Source: Cyanophora paradoxa CCMP329 (Eukaryota > Plantae > Glaucophyta). Taken from it: DNA of 64,000 bases. The position numbers were made by a program, and so were the translations under genes. How positions within the stretch are numbered: the first letter of the stretch is position 1; each line of letters starts with the position of its first letter. The notes below the pieces were generated by a model, which saw only the letters and a list, made by a program, of their open reading frames with translations, was not told where the DNA came from and did no database searches. Below, in pieces: positions 10,801 through 19,857 of the stretch. The stretch is from the NCBI GenBank assembly GCA_004431415.1, contig QPMI01000192.1, forward strand, positions 108,873 through 172,872. The letters run 5' to 3'.

Positions 10801-12303
10801 TTATTTTTTGCTGCAATTGCACCCGTGATGCGCGAGTTGACAATTGTCTTTAAGATGTGGGCGCCTGTTGTTAATGCGATCCACGACGAGCCTGTAATTC
10901 GGATCTTGCGGCTCAATCGGAATAGGAAGGGAACAGAGCGCACAGGCGCCCTTCTGTTGCTTCTTGCGCTCTAATATCCACTCCGGCGTAATATAATCCG
11001 CCTCGTCGAAATCGCGCCCGGCACGCTGATCCTGGCATTTATAACCGCGGATCTTCGTTTTCAGATATTCGATGTAGTCGCTCTTTCCTTGGAACTTGTG
11101 AATCGGTGTATAAATCAGCACAGTGGACAGATCGCGGTTACGAGTTAGCGCGGTATAGAACCATTCGCGAGTGGTATAGCGGAACGTAGCCTCACAAATG
11201 ACAATGCCCGAATCAAGTGTGAGACCTTGCGTTGAATGACCTGTTCCTGCATAAGGGAGAGAAAAATGTTCTAACATCGCGCACGGAACCTCGAACGTGA
11301 CGCCATCGAAAACGTCAGTTAATGTGACCATTTGCTTGGTGATTTTGGTGATTCGATAGGTGTAATTCGTGTATGCATTAATAGACTCACCCTCAGACCG
11401 CGAAATGCGTAGATACCTGCGACAAACGACTTCCAGACCCTTGTAGAATTTGATGCCATTGACCTCTACGGTTGGGATATTTACTTTCCGTCTATCGTGC
11501 ATCAGTTTGTTATAGGCTAAGGTCATTTCGTTTCTGTAAGCGATGCCAAAGTAGCCGTCGGGGATAGCGCTTAGATCATTAATTGTCGGCAACCCGTATT
11601 TCGAGATAATCTGTGCGGCTTCGAGTCCGTTTTCGAAGAGATCCTCTTTGATCGCCCGAATTAATTCACGGTCTGTCTCCTTCTTGTGCCGCTTGTTAAT
11701 GCGTAGACTCAGGACGTTAGGGAACATGCTCTGCACAGCGCGCTTATAGTAGCCCTTGCGATCAGAAACCGAGAGCTCGTCATTAATCGGTTCGTTCTGA
11801 TAGGTATCGCCATTAGCCAAATATTTGATATCCGGGTAGCGATCGATAAACGACTTGATCTTAGCGAGATCTTTTACAGAATACGCGAATATCTCGTCGA
11901 ACATAATGTGGCTGAACTCGGAGACAAACGCCCTCTGGTCTTTTTCGCTCATAGCCTCTTCGTAGGTCTGATCATTTGAGACACGGATCCCGAGAACATT
12001 ATACAAAGTGCGAACGGTAATATTCTCGATTCCGCGGACTTTGAGAGAGTCCCTCAGCTCTGCGCACTGTTTGTTATAGGGGCAAATGACTAAGCAATTT
12101 GACTTTTGAGAGGCAAAGCAATTAATACCGAGGGTCGACTTTCCACTTCCGGGCATGTCAGCAAGGACAAGCATACGATTATGGAGCTCCGCAACCCAAT
12201 TAAAGCACTCCGGATTAAATTCGTCCCTCAGCGAGAACCGGTTAATGAGTGTCTCGGGATCCTGAAATTCGAGAGTTACACCCGTGGTGGGCGGAGTGCA
12301 TTC
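10801..12303 (-). CDS. SF1 (RecD/Pif1-like) helicase with C-terminal HNH/EndoVII-like domain; probably the C-terminal part of the PolB ORF
   Basis: DMPGSGKST, MFDEIF, GDTYQNEPI, TGHSTQGLT, YTALTR; C-terminal CALC..VDRINNRRPH..NC..HGCN. The frame is open upstream to 12303 and overlaps the end of the PolB ORF. Confidence 0.85.
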   Translation of the reverse strand, partial: ECTPPTTGVTLEFQDPETLINRFSLRDEFNPECFNWVAELHNRMLVLADMPGSGKSTLGINCFASQKSNCLVICPYNKQCAELRDSLKVRGIENITVRTLYNVLGIRVSNDQTYEEAMSEKDQRAFVSEFSHIMFDEIFAYSVKDLAKIKSFIDRYPDIKYLANGDTYQNEPINDELSVSDRKGYYKRAVQSMFPNVLSLRINKRHKKETDRELIRAIKEDLFENGLEAAQIISKYGLPTINDLSAIPDGYFGIAYRNEMTLAYNKLMHDRRKVNIPTVEVNGIKFYKGLEVVCRRYLRISRSEGESINAYTNYTYRITKITKQMVTLTDVFDGVTFEVPCAMLEHFSLPYAGTGHSTQGLTLDSGIVICEATFRYTTREWFYTALTRNRDLSTVLIYTPIHKFQGKSDYIEYLKTKIRGYKCQDQRAGRDFDEADYITPEWILERKKQQKGACALCSLPIPIEPQDPNYRLVVDRINNRRPHLKDNCQLAHHGCNCSKK

Positions 12304-15110
12304 TCAGGGCATCTTTTCCCGGGAATATAGCTGAATTTGCCCATGTTCTCAAACGCATTTCGGTCGAACTCTTTCTTACTTGTCCATGAACCTTCGATAT
12401 ATAGGCAATCCGTTCTGATCCCGGCAACCTTGTGCCCGCGCGCTGTCAGGCGCTTGTATTGCGCAAACATATTAGCACGGTTGCGATCGTAAATATGAAA
12501 GTGGATAGGAAGGAATCCGTTAACGAGCTCGCGGTGGGAGCTGATCTTAACGAAATAGATGTGACCTTCGAATTCGCTAAGAGTTTTGACACGTTTCGAA
12601 TTCTTAGGATTGAAAGTAAACACCTCTACTGTTCCTCCGCATTCTTGGGCGAACCTCTCAGCCTCGGCACGGTTGTAGAACATTTTCGTGGATGTTTGCG
12701 AGTCTTGGAATTTGCCGAGCATTCCGATCTCTTTCACTAAAATATGCTTCTTATCTGTGGTTTGAATGTCGCTTGACAGCACTTTTTGCATCTCAGCGAT
12801 CGACGTATTGGGCACCAAATGCGAAGGCTCCGCGACCGCGATAATCTCTATCTTGTCCTTTACGTCCGCCCAATGCATGGAGAGAGTGTAGCCTGTCATG
12901 AAATTATAACAGCGACCACTCACGGAAAATGCGCGATCCAGAATAATTTCGATTCCATCAATCTTGCGAGACATGGCGGCATCATAATCTACATCCTCAT
13001 CGTCGGCGAAAGTCGCTTGCTCTCTCTCAAACGCAACGACACGCACGTAGTAGATCGCGTATTCGAGAATATCGCTTCCCGCTTTAAAGGGAACGAAGTC
13101 ATCAAACACATTGTATTTCGGAAGATATTGCATGCCTTTCAGTATCGAAGGGTAGCACTTCGCCATATCGACAGCTGTGTAGGTGGCTTTCGGGTTCGGC
13201 TTATAGAAAAAGCCGCTTAGTGCGGATCGCTTGTAGTGCGTGAGAATTTCGCGCATGTTCGGGCTGTAATGTGAGATATTCGTCGCATTTAGAAGCGACT
13301 CCCGGAATCCCTTCCCGATTTCACAGACCTTATTATAATACTCCTCTGTTTCGAAATCTTGCTCAATAAAGTGGTCTGTTGTGCGTGGATCTTTGATAGA
13401 GAACATCGAGCCATTGGCTTTGAATGTGATGCTGTCGATCTGTTTCGATGGTGTTAGCTTCACAGCGGGCTCATATCGCATTTTCAGGAACGTAAATAGA
13501 AGACCTTCCAGACCTTCGCGCCCAGTATAAAGAATGCGGATGAAACTGCGCTCGTCGGGCGATAGTTTAAGTTGCGTGATCTTTACCAAATCCTTGGATG
13601 TGTGCGCGAAGATATCGTGAGTAAGACACGTCGGAATTTTATAGAGTGCTAACGAAGAGTTCGACTTAGGAACATGACTATCGAGCTCTTCGACCTCCAT
13701 CTTCGCCATGCGCATTTCGAGCGACTTGATGTTATCGTTGAATATATAGATGTGCTTGTTGTGAATCATAAAGTGAATATTGCGGGGAAAGATGTTTTTG
13801 TTAATTGATTCCGCCGCGAATTTGTGTATTAACTTTCCGTCGACATCAAAGACGCGGAAGCCTGTCTGAATTCTCTTACAGAATTTCTCGATATGGCGGA
13901 GGGTGAGAGCCAGAGAGTCGCCAGGTGTGCGTTCGCGACCGTGAAAGAATTTATAGAGACCGTCATACGACATAGTTAAGTCAGTATATCGCGGTTTTGG
14001 CGCCTCCTGACACTTCTTAATGGACGCTCCCCATGTGGATATGATCATATCGTAGCCGCAAGCGTTAGATGTCGATGATTTGGGAAGCTCAATAATATCT
14101 TCGAACTCAGACGCGTTTGGATTTAATGTGTAGTCTGTGAATTTGCTCATAATCGCGGTGCATCGCATACTGTCCATTAGCTCCTCATCCAGAAATGCAT
14201 AGCGATTTCCAGGTATAGCACCGGCTCCGTCATCTTCGACACCTTCGTCCCCATCGATCGCGACCTCATGAACAGTTATAAAGGCATCATCGACACTGCC
14301 GCCAAAATCATCGAAACCTTTGCGTAGTTTTTTCTGTTCCTCGGTTGGTGGTGTCTTAAAGAAGAACATCTCGTATGCTTGTCCGAAAGTTCCCAGACCA
14401 ATCTTCAATTCATCGTAGTTTTCGAGTAAATCGAAGATTGAATCTCTCTCTTCCGAATAATAACGATTTTGAGCGGTGAGAATTCCATACACTCTATCGA
14501 TTTTTGCCAGAGCAAAGTTTCGCAACACCCTCACCGAAACTGTCTCTCTTATATTCTGGTAGGTGACAAAGGTTCTGTCTTTTATATATGTTCCGGGAAT
14601 TCCGGGAATAACAATTACCTCCGACGACCGAGCACCGGATCCAGGTCCCCATAGCTTGAACGTAATTGTTGCGAGAGTTTCCGGATCGTATGCGGCGATT
14701 GGATCGAGAATAGTGCGTTTAATCGCATCCTCTACCGCTTTTAGTTTACCTCTCTGCTGCTTCGCTTCGAGTTTCGCTTCTTTCGCCCGTTTCTGTTCTC
14801 GTTTGCGATCGAAGCGCTGTAAACGCTTCGCCTCTTGTTCTTTTTGCTTTTGCTTTTCTATATTAACTTGGGTGCGAGCGGCGCGCTTCTCTTTCCGCTC
14901 TGCCCTGCGGAAAACGCGGGGATTAATGATTCCATTCAGAGTGTCCCGAATGTCGATCAGCGTTTGGAGCTTGGGCTTCCGATTCATTGTGTTGTGCATC
15001 GCCCAATGCGCCTGTTCTTCGGTTAGCAAATCCTGACTCAATCCCTGCATAATGTATCCGATAATTTCATCCCGAACATTGTTAGCGATTCTGTTGGTTG
15101 CGCGCGGCAT
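12276..15110 (-). CDS. Divergent family B DNA polymerase-like protein
   Basis: Motif A-like AVDMAKCYPSIL, motif B-like KHILVKEIGMLGK, motif C-like GIRTDCLYI, in the correct order. Confidence 0.7.
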   Translation of the reverse strand: MPRATNRIANNVRDEIIGYIMQGLSQDLLTEEQAHWAMHNTMNRKPKLQTLIDIRDTLNGIINPRVFRRAERKEKRAARTQVNIEKQKQKEQEAKRLQRFDRKREQKRAKEAKLEAKQQRGKLKAVEDAIKRTILDPIAAYDPETLATITFKLWGPGSGARSSEVIVIPGIPGTYIKDRTFVTYQNIRETVSVRVLRNFALAKIDRVYGILTAQNRYYSEERDSIFDLLENYDELKIGLGTFGQAYEMFFFKTPPTEEQKKLRKGFDDFGGSVDDAFITVHEVAIDGDEGVEDDGAGAIPGNRYAFLDEELMDSMRCTAIMSKFTDYTLNPNASEFEDIIELPKSSTSNACGYDMIISTWGASIKKCQEAPKPRYTDLTMSYDGLYKFFHGRERTPGDSLALTLRHIEKFCKRIQTGFRVFDVDGKLIHKFAAESINKNIFPRNIHFMIHNKHIYIFNDNIKSLEMRMAKMEVEELDSHVPKSNSSLALYKIPTCLTHDIFAHTSKDLVKITQLKLSPDERSFIRILYTGREGLEGLLFTFLKMRYEPAVKLTPSKQIDSITFKANGSMFSIKDPRTTDHFIEQDFETEEYYNKVCEIGKGFRESLLNATNISHYSPNMREILTHYKRSALSGFFYKPNPKATYTAVDMAKCYPSILKGMQYLPKYNVFDDFVPFKAGSDILEYAIYYVRVVAFEREQATFADDEDVDYDAAMSRKIDGIEIILDRAFSVSGRCYNFMTGYTLSMHWADVKDKIEIIAVAEPSHLVPNTSIAEMQKVLSSDIQTTDKKHILVKEIGMLGKFQDSQTSTKMFYNRAEAERFAQECGGTVEVFTFNPKNSKRVKTLSEFEGHIYFVKISSHRELVNGFLPIHFHIYDRNRANMFAQYKRLTARGHKVAGIRTDCLYIEGSWTSKKEFDRNAFENMGKFSYIPGKRCPENALRPPRV

Positions 15111-15132
15111 CTCTATTAGTTCTTTTAAAATA

Positions 15133-15152
15133 ACCGGAGAAAATAATTTCGG
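15133..15152 (-). promoter_or_regulatory. Putative viral promoter motif upstream of the PolB-like gene
   Basis: Identical to 9373-9392. Confidence 0.7.
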
Positions 15153-15279
15153 CGCAATCTACCAAATTCTCCTTTTCATACCCTTGTCGCCAATTCTTTA
15201 AGTGCTTTTTTGACGGATGCGGGGAATAAAAAGGGAGTTAAAAAATTAATCATTTTTTGCATCGTGCGGATACTTTCCG

Positions 15280-15693
15280 CTACGAAGTTTTTGCGTTCTC
15301 GACGACATGCTTTCGGGGTCTCCCAGCGGGCTTTTGCGGTTGGGGTTTAGCGGGCGGATTCAGCTTTCGTTCCGCTCTTTTCCTGCGTTGGTATTCCCTT
15401 GCCTTCTCTCGGATTTTCTCCCGATACTCTTCATCGTCTTGGTATCGCTGCTGTTTACGAATTGCGATCTTTTGTAGCTGTTCCGGTGTGAATATAGTAG
15501 CCTCTCCGGCGGCTAATCGCTCTTGCTTTTGTCTCTGATGCTTGTTTCGCTGCCGCTCGGCGTCTTTTTCGCGTTTCAGTCTTAATCTCTCCGCCTTCTC
15601 CTCTTCTGTGATCACCTTCTTCGGTCGCCCGGGTCTGCGCTTTTCCTGCTGTGCCGCCATTGCCTCTTGGTTTGAAATCTTGGGTTTCGCCAT
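15280..15693 (-). CDS. Basic AT-hook-like (GRP) coiled-coil DNA-binding protein
   Basis: RRPGRPKK and PAGRPRK; clear homologue at 54658-54984. Confidence 0.7.
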   Translation of the reverse strand: MAKPKISNQEAMAAQQEKRRPGRPKKVITEEEKAERLRLKREKDAERQRNKHQRQKQERLAAGEATIFTPEQLQKIAIRKQQRYQDDEEYREKIREKAREYQRRKRAERKLNPPAKPQPQKPAGRPRKHVVENAKTS

Positions 15694-15817
15694 TTACTTT
15701 AACCGGAGAAAATAGTTTTTTGTCACTCTGTATTATTTCCCTTGCCCTTATATACCTTTTACCGAAACCTTCATTTTTTGCCCTCGGATCGATAAAAGCG
15801 CCACCGAAATTCACCGC

Positions 15818-16231
15818 TCAATAACCGTTCCAGACGGTTTGTTCTTGTTGCTGAGGATATACATAAGGGTTTGTTAAGCTGTCATCGTCGCCTAATGCCA
15901 TTTGATCCAATCTATACATCGGATAAGGGGAGTCAGCGCGAAAATGCCCTTCCACAAATTCAGGACATGAGCGCCTTCTAATATGCTCTACATGCACGTC
16001 CTCTATCTGAGCGGTTTCGATATTAGAACTCATAGCCGCGGGCACAGGCGAGGGCGATCGAGATCGTGGGTGGTTGTGATTGTCGCTGTGGTTAGAATAT
16101 ACAGAGAGGCGCCTACCTCCATGGTCTTCATCGGTAATATCAACCTCTACGGTTGTGTCGCAACATCCGGACTTACAGTGAGATATAAAATGTAGATGAA
16201 ACATTTCAATGCATTGTGTTATGAAATTCAT
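15818..16231 (-). CDS. Conserved small viral protein with N-terminal CxSGCC motif
   Basis: EMFHLHFISHCKSGCCDTTVE aligns with EMFSLHVVSNCHSGCCETTVE in element 2. Confidence 0.75.
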   Translation of the reverse strand: MNFITQCIEMFHLHFISHCKSGCCDTTVEVDITDEDHGGRRLSVYSNHSDNHNHPRSRSPSPVPAAMSSNIETAQIEDVHVEHIRRRSCPEFVEGHFRADSPYPMYRLDQMALGDDDSLTNPYVYPQQQEQTVWNGY

Positions 16232-16262
16232 AGATCCTACAAAGAATCAATTTATAAATTTC

Positions 16263-17198
16263 TCACATGTTGGCTAAGAACCGCTCAATCGCATCTTTAA
16301 TATCCGTCTCAGTGTATGGAATGCGAAGAAGCTTAATGTCATTGGCTTCACAGAACCGCTTTTTGATTCCATCACGAATCTGTGTCTTCTTGAAGCCCTC
16401 TTCACCTCCAAAGAACTCAATTGCTTCAAAGTGCTGTTTACCATCAAATTCAATTGCAAGTCTGAGAGAAGGGACATAGAAGTCAAACTTTAAGGGATAT
16501 TTATGACGGCAATCTTCAAATGAAAATTGTTGCTGAAATTGAATCCCGAGACCCTCTAATATTTCACTAATCTCAGACTCGCCTTTCGAAACTCGGCAAA
16601 AGGGGCAACCACACTTGAAGTGAACGACTGGAAACTGTTCGAAAACCCCATTACATTTCTTGCACTTGATAGTGACTCGACTTGTGACAGTTTCAAATTT
16701 GACCAAAGAATAATCAAAGGCATCGCCATGTGCATCTTTGAATCTTCGGAGTATTTCTTCTTGTGTGATCCTCCTTTGTAGACCATTTTGCCTGTCAGCG
16801 CACTTTTTGCAGCCTGACCCTTGCGTGATATGTGAGGCTAATGTCTGTTGGTTCTCAGCTCCGCAAGCTTTGCACTTGATGATTACCTTGCTCGTCCATC
16901 CTTTGTAGTCTACCTTTGAATAATCAAATTTATCACCATGAACAGCTGTCGCTTTTGCAATGACCTCATCAATACTTAAACGATTCTTCTCAGCTAATCT
17001 CTCAGGTGCGCATTTATTACAACCACGTCCCCGCATGTGACATGATGGTGCCTGAAAGAAAAATGCATCACACCTCTTGCAGAATATTTGGACTTTCTCT
17101 TGACTGTGTGTGTATTCAACACTCTCATATCCGTATTTATCTCCATGTCGAAGTCTTGCTTTCGCAATGAAATCGTCCTTTGTTAGTTTTGGAGGCAT
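16263..17198 (-). CDS. Freestanding homing endonuclease: three Zn-ribbon (DUF723-like) repeats plus Vsr-like PD-(D/E)xK nuclease
   Basis: Repeats HGDKYGY/HGDKFDYS/HGDAFDYS with CxxC..H..GCxxC; SKGE..LKFDFYVP..IEFDGKQH. Absent from the syntenic site in element 2. Confidence 0.8.
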   Translation of the reverse strand: MPPKLTKDDFIAKARLRHGDKYGYESVEYTHSQEKVQIFCKRCDAFFFQAPSCHMRGRGCNKCAPERLAEKNRLSIDEVIAKATAVHGDKFDYSKVDYKGWTSKVIIKCKACGAENQQTLASHITQGSGCKKCADRQNGLQRRITQEEILRRFKDAHGDAFDYSLVKFETVTSRVTIKCKKCNGVFEQFPVVHFKCGCPFCRVSKGESEISEILEGLGIQFQQQFSFEDCRHKYPLKFDFYVPSLRLAIEFDGKQHFEAIEFFGGEEGFKKTQIRDGIKKRFCEANDIKLLRIPYTETDIKDAIERFLANM

Positions 17199-17465
17199 TA
17201 TGTCAGCTCACATATGCATTATGCTATTTCTTTAAATCATTTTTTGTGTGATGAAATTCATCGACCCTACAAGGACGCAACGTATTAAATATGTGAGAAA
17301 ATAAAAGGGAATGAGGCTATTGCTTGCTCGTGTGTTTCCTTATGAGCTGGTCGACCTTATAATGCTGTTTATGGAGCCGACGTGCCCGTTTTGCAGGGGA
17401 GTCCACATAAAGACCCGCTCTAAATACGGGCGGGTTCAGCTTTGCCTTGCGGATATTCACAGTCA

Positions 17466-18149
17466 TTAGCGGATATGGCGTTTACCACCGAGCATTGCGG
17501 CATAATTCACGGGTGCGGTCGGCACAATATGTGCATATTGCGGGGCAACCGATTGCTGACGAGTAACGGCTTGTGCATCTGTTTTTTCCTCCTTTTTAAT
17601 CTCCTCTACGTCGACTTTTTGCTTTAATCCGAGTTTGGAGATCTCTTTCTTCACGAGCCCCTTTAATTTCTTGCGTTCGTTATAATCTTGCATCCATTTC
17701 TCGTAGTTTGACACTTTCATTTCAAGGTCTCGCACTTTCTCTTCAAAGCTCATGACAACGTCGACAGGAACCGTGTGTTTTTGATAGGATCCGCGCTTTT
17801 TAAGCTCAGTTTCGGCGGCTTTCGGGACGTCTTGCGTTTTGTGCTGGCTTGCGACAACTTGCGCTTTAATTACTTTGTCGGTTGCTTCATCAACAGAGCC
17901 GCCTCCAATCTGTGGTTTTACAGTAGCTAAATCGTCCATTTGGCGTTTACCGCTATCTTGGTTTCCCTTGTCCGCGGTGGCACTCGCAATAATCGCCTCT
18001 TGCTTGGCGACCTCCTCTGGCGAAGTGTCTATAAGATATTCGGGCATTTCGAGACCGCCACCCGACGTTAACCCAGACTCTTCAAGTCCGCGATTAGGAT
18101 TACCAGAAGCGACAGTTTGAATGGTTTGAGGCTTCTTTCGGTAGACCAT
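17466..18149 (-). CDS. Conserved viral protein of unknown function with coiled coil
   Basis: KVRDLEMK..ERKKLKGLVKKEISKLG matches KLKDLEAK..ERAKLKEMLRKEVYKMG at 55670-56404; syntenic. Confidence 0.75.
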   Translation of the reverse strand: MVYRKKPQTIQTVASGNPNRGLEESGLTSGGGLEMPEYLIDTSPEEVAKQEAIIASATADKGNQDSGKRQMDDLATVKPQIGGGSVDEATDKVIKAQVVASQHKTQDVPKAAETELKKRGSYQKHTVPVDVVMSFEEKVRDLEMKVSNYEKWMQDYNERKKLKGLVKKEISKLGLKQKVDVEEIKKEEKTDAQAVTRQQSVAPQYAHIVPTAPVNYAAMLGGKRHIR

Positions 18150-18151
18150 GA

Positions 18152-19018
18152 TTATCTTCTCTTACATTTGATTAACATTTTCTTTTTCTTAGGCGAAATT
18201 TGCGAAAGTTTGGGGATACCTTCAAGCTCACGCTCAAATTTGGATAAAGTTTTGCATACAGTTGTCGAATCTTTGACAGGCGGCGGTTTTGATGCTTGCT
18301 CTTCTTGTTGTTTGCGCTTCTTTTCTTCAAAAGCCGCCCGCTTGTGGAATTTAGTAAACGGATGTTCATCGATCATATCGGCTTTTTCGACCCACCATCG
18401 CACAGAATACCCCGTATTATCGTGAATGATCGCTTGGTAGCTATGACAGAATTCTTGGAACATGCGCTTGAAACTCTCTTTATCCATGTTCCCGAACTCT
18501 TCGTGATATGCTTCAAACTCTCGCATGTTTGACCAGCTTAGGAATATGATATACTCCGCATTGCTGCGAATGATCGTTGAAAGCTTTGTTAGTTTCTGCG
18601 ATATTAGAGCCACGGAACAAAACGTATGACGACCTTGCGCCATCAATTTATTTAGCAAATGATCGCGCGAAAGATCGATAGTTCCGGACTCCAAACAATC
18701 GTCGAGCACGATGAGAATATTCTTTGGTTTCTTACCCGCAATGATGGCTTTTTTGCGGGCTTCTATGATCGACTCTACATATTCCGGTTTCCAGGTGTCA
18801 TGCACTTCGTCTGTAATTTGTCCCCAGAAACCGTTGAAACTCGTTGGACAAAAGACCAGAACGTATGAGATCTGATCTTCGAGTTCTTTGATCAGCCACT
18901 TCAAGAATACCGATTTACCACAATTGGTTTTCGCCAATAGGAGAAATCGTGCGGGAAGTTTCACCCTCTGTTTCGGGTTCCATTCTTCGAGATCTATGGG
19001 CGTCGTCCCTTTTTGCAT
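18152..19018 (-). CDS. Genome-packaging ATPase (A32-like, FtsK-HerA superfamily)
   Basis: Walker A AKTNCGKS, Walker B IVLDD, QGRH, LISQ, IRSN. Confidence 0.92.
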   Translation of the reverse strand: MQKGTTPIDLEEWNPKQRVKLPARFLLLAKTNCGKSVFLKWLIKELEDQISYVLVFCPTSFNGFWGQITDEVHDTWKPEYVESIIEARKKAIIAGKKPKNILIVLDDCLESGTIDLSRDHLLNKLMAQGRHTFCSVALISQKLTKLSTIIRSNAEYIIFLSWSNMREFEAYHEEFGNMDKESFKRMFQEFCHSYQAIIHDNTGYSVRWWVEKADMIDEHPFTKFHKRAAFEEKKRKQQEEQASKPPPVKDSTTVCKTLSKFERELEGIPKLSQISPKKKKMLIKCKRR

Positions 19019-19068
19019 TCTTTCACTATAAAAACAATAGAAAAATAAGACTGAATGTGGTAATTGGT

Positions 19069-19785
19069 TTAGATTTCGTTTAGGATCGCTTTATCACCCA
19101 GAATTTCGGCGGCTTTCTCATTGTAAAATCGAGCTGCGTCTTCCTTTGTGTCACATATTTTTCGCCATCTCTGTTTGTTATGCATGAAATTCGCTTCCCA
19201 CTTTCCAGATCTCGTTTGATTGACACCACGATAACCACTCGAATTCGTTGATTTCAGCAATCTACGAGTTAGATTTACAGGATCCACATCATTAAGAACC
19301 GCAAGATCGCCGAACAGTTCGGTTGCTTTTGCATTGTATGCTGCTGCGGCTTCTTCTTTCGTGTTAAAGCATCCGAGATTATAAGAAATTCCGTTCTTTT
19401 TAATTTCAGCTTTCCATTTTCCAGTGTCTTTTCTCTGCATCACTCCTTTGAGACCTGACTTATTTGTTCGTCTCACGCCAGTGTGAATAACACTCTCTTG
19501 TGGAGTTAAGAAGCGAAGATTGCAACGCCTATTATCCAGTTTGTCTCTACTGATGTGATCTACAAAGAGTCCATCGCGGCTTCCCATAATCCACTTGTGC
19601 ATGTCAATATTCTTGCCCTTTCCAACATAGCCCCATGCGTAACCTCTGACATTATGAAAATACCACTTACTGATTTTAGTGACATGCTCATAGTCTGCTT
19701 CATCGACAAGCGCAAAGTTGCCTTCTCCATGCTTTCCATTAAGTGCAATTCGCCTAATGCCTTCCATTTGTCCGCCGTATTCCAT
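19069..19785 (-). CDS. HNH-AP2 homing endonuclease (two AP2 domains)
   Basis: MHKWIM..VDHISRDKLDNRRCNLR; SGLKGV..KWKAEI..LGCFNTKEEAAAAYN; second SGYRGV..KWEA..EDAARFYN. Confidence 0.9.
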   Translation of the reverse strand: MEYGGQMEGIRRIALNGKHGEGNFALVDEADYEHVTKISKWYFHNVRGYAWGYVGKGKNIDMHKWIMGSRDGLFVDHISRDKLDNRRCNLRFLTPQESVIHTGVRRTNKSGLKGVMQRKDTGKWKAEIKKNGISYNLGCFNTKEEAAAAYNAKATELFGDLAVLNDVDPVNLTRRLLKSTNSSGYRGVNQTRSGKWEANFMHNKQRWRKICDTKEDAARFYNEKAAEILGDKAILNEI

Positions 19786-19857
19786 AATACTGTAAATTGT
19801 CTTGTCCTTAAATGGGCAAAAGATAAAAAGAACGTCCTTTTTTGTCCGACGAATTCC

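Noticed and set aside
12276-12303. Programmed -1 ribosomal frameshift
   Set aside because: No X XXY YYZ slippery heptamer; similar single-base homopolymer losses occur in the TIR and other genes, so sequencing error is more likely.
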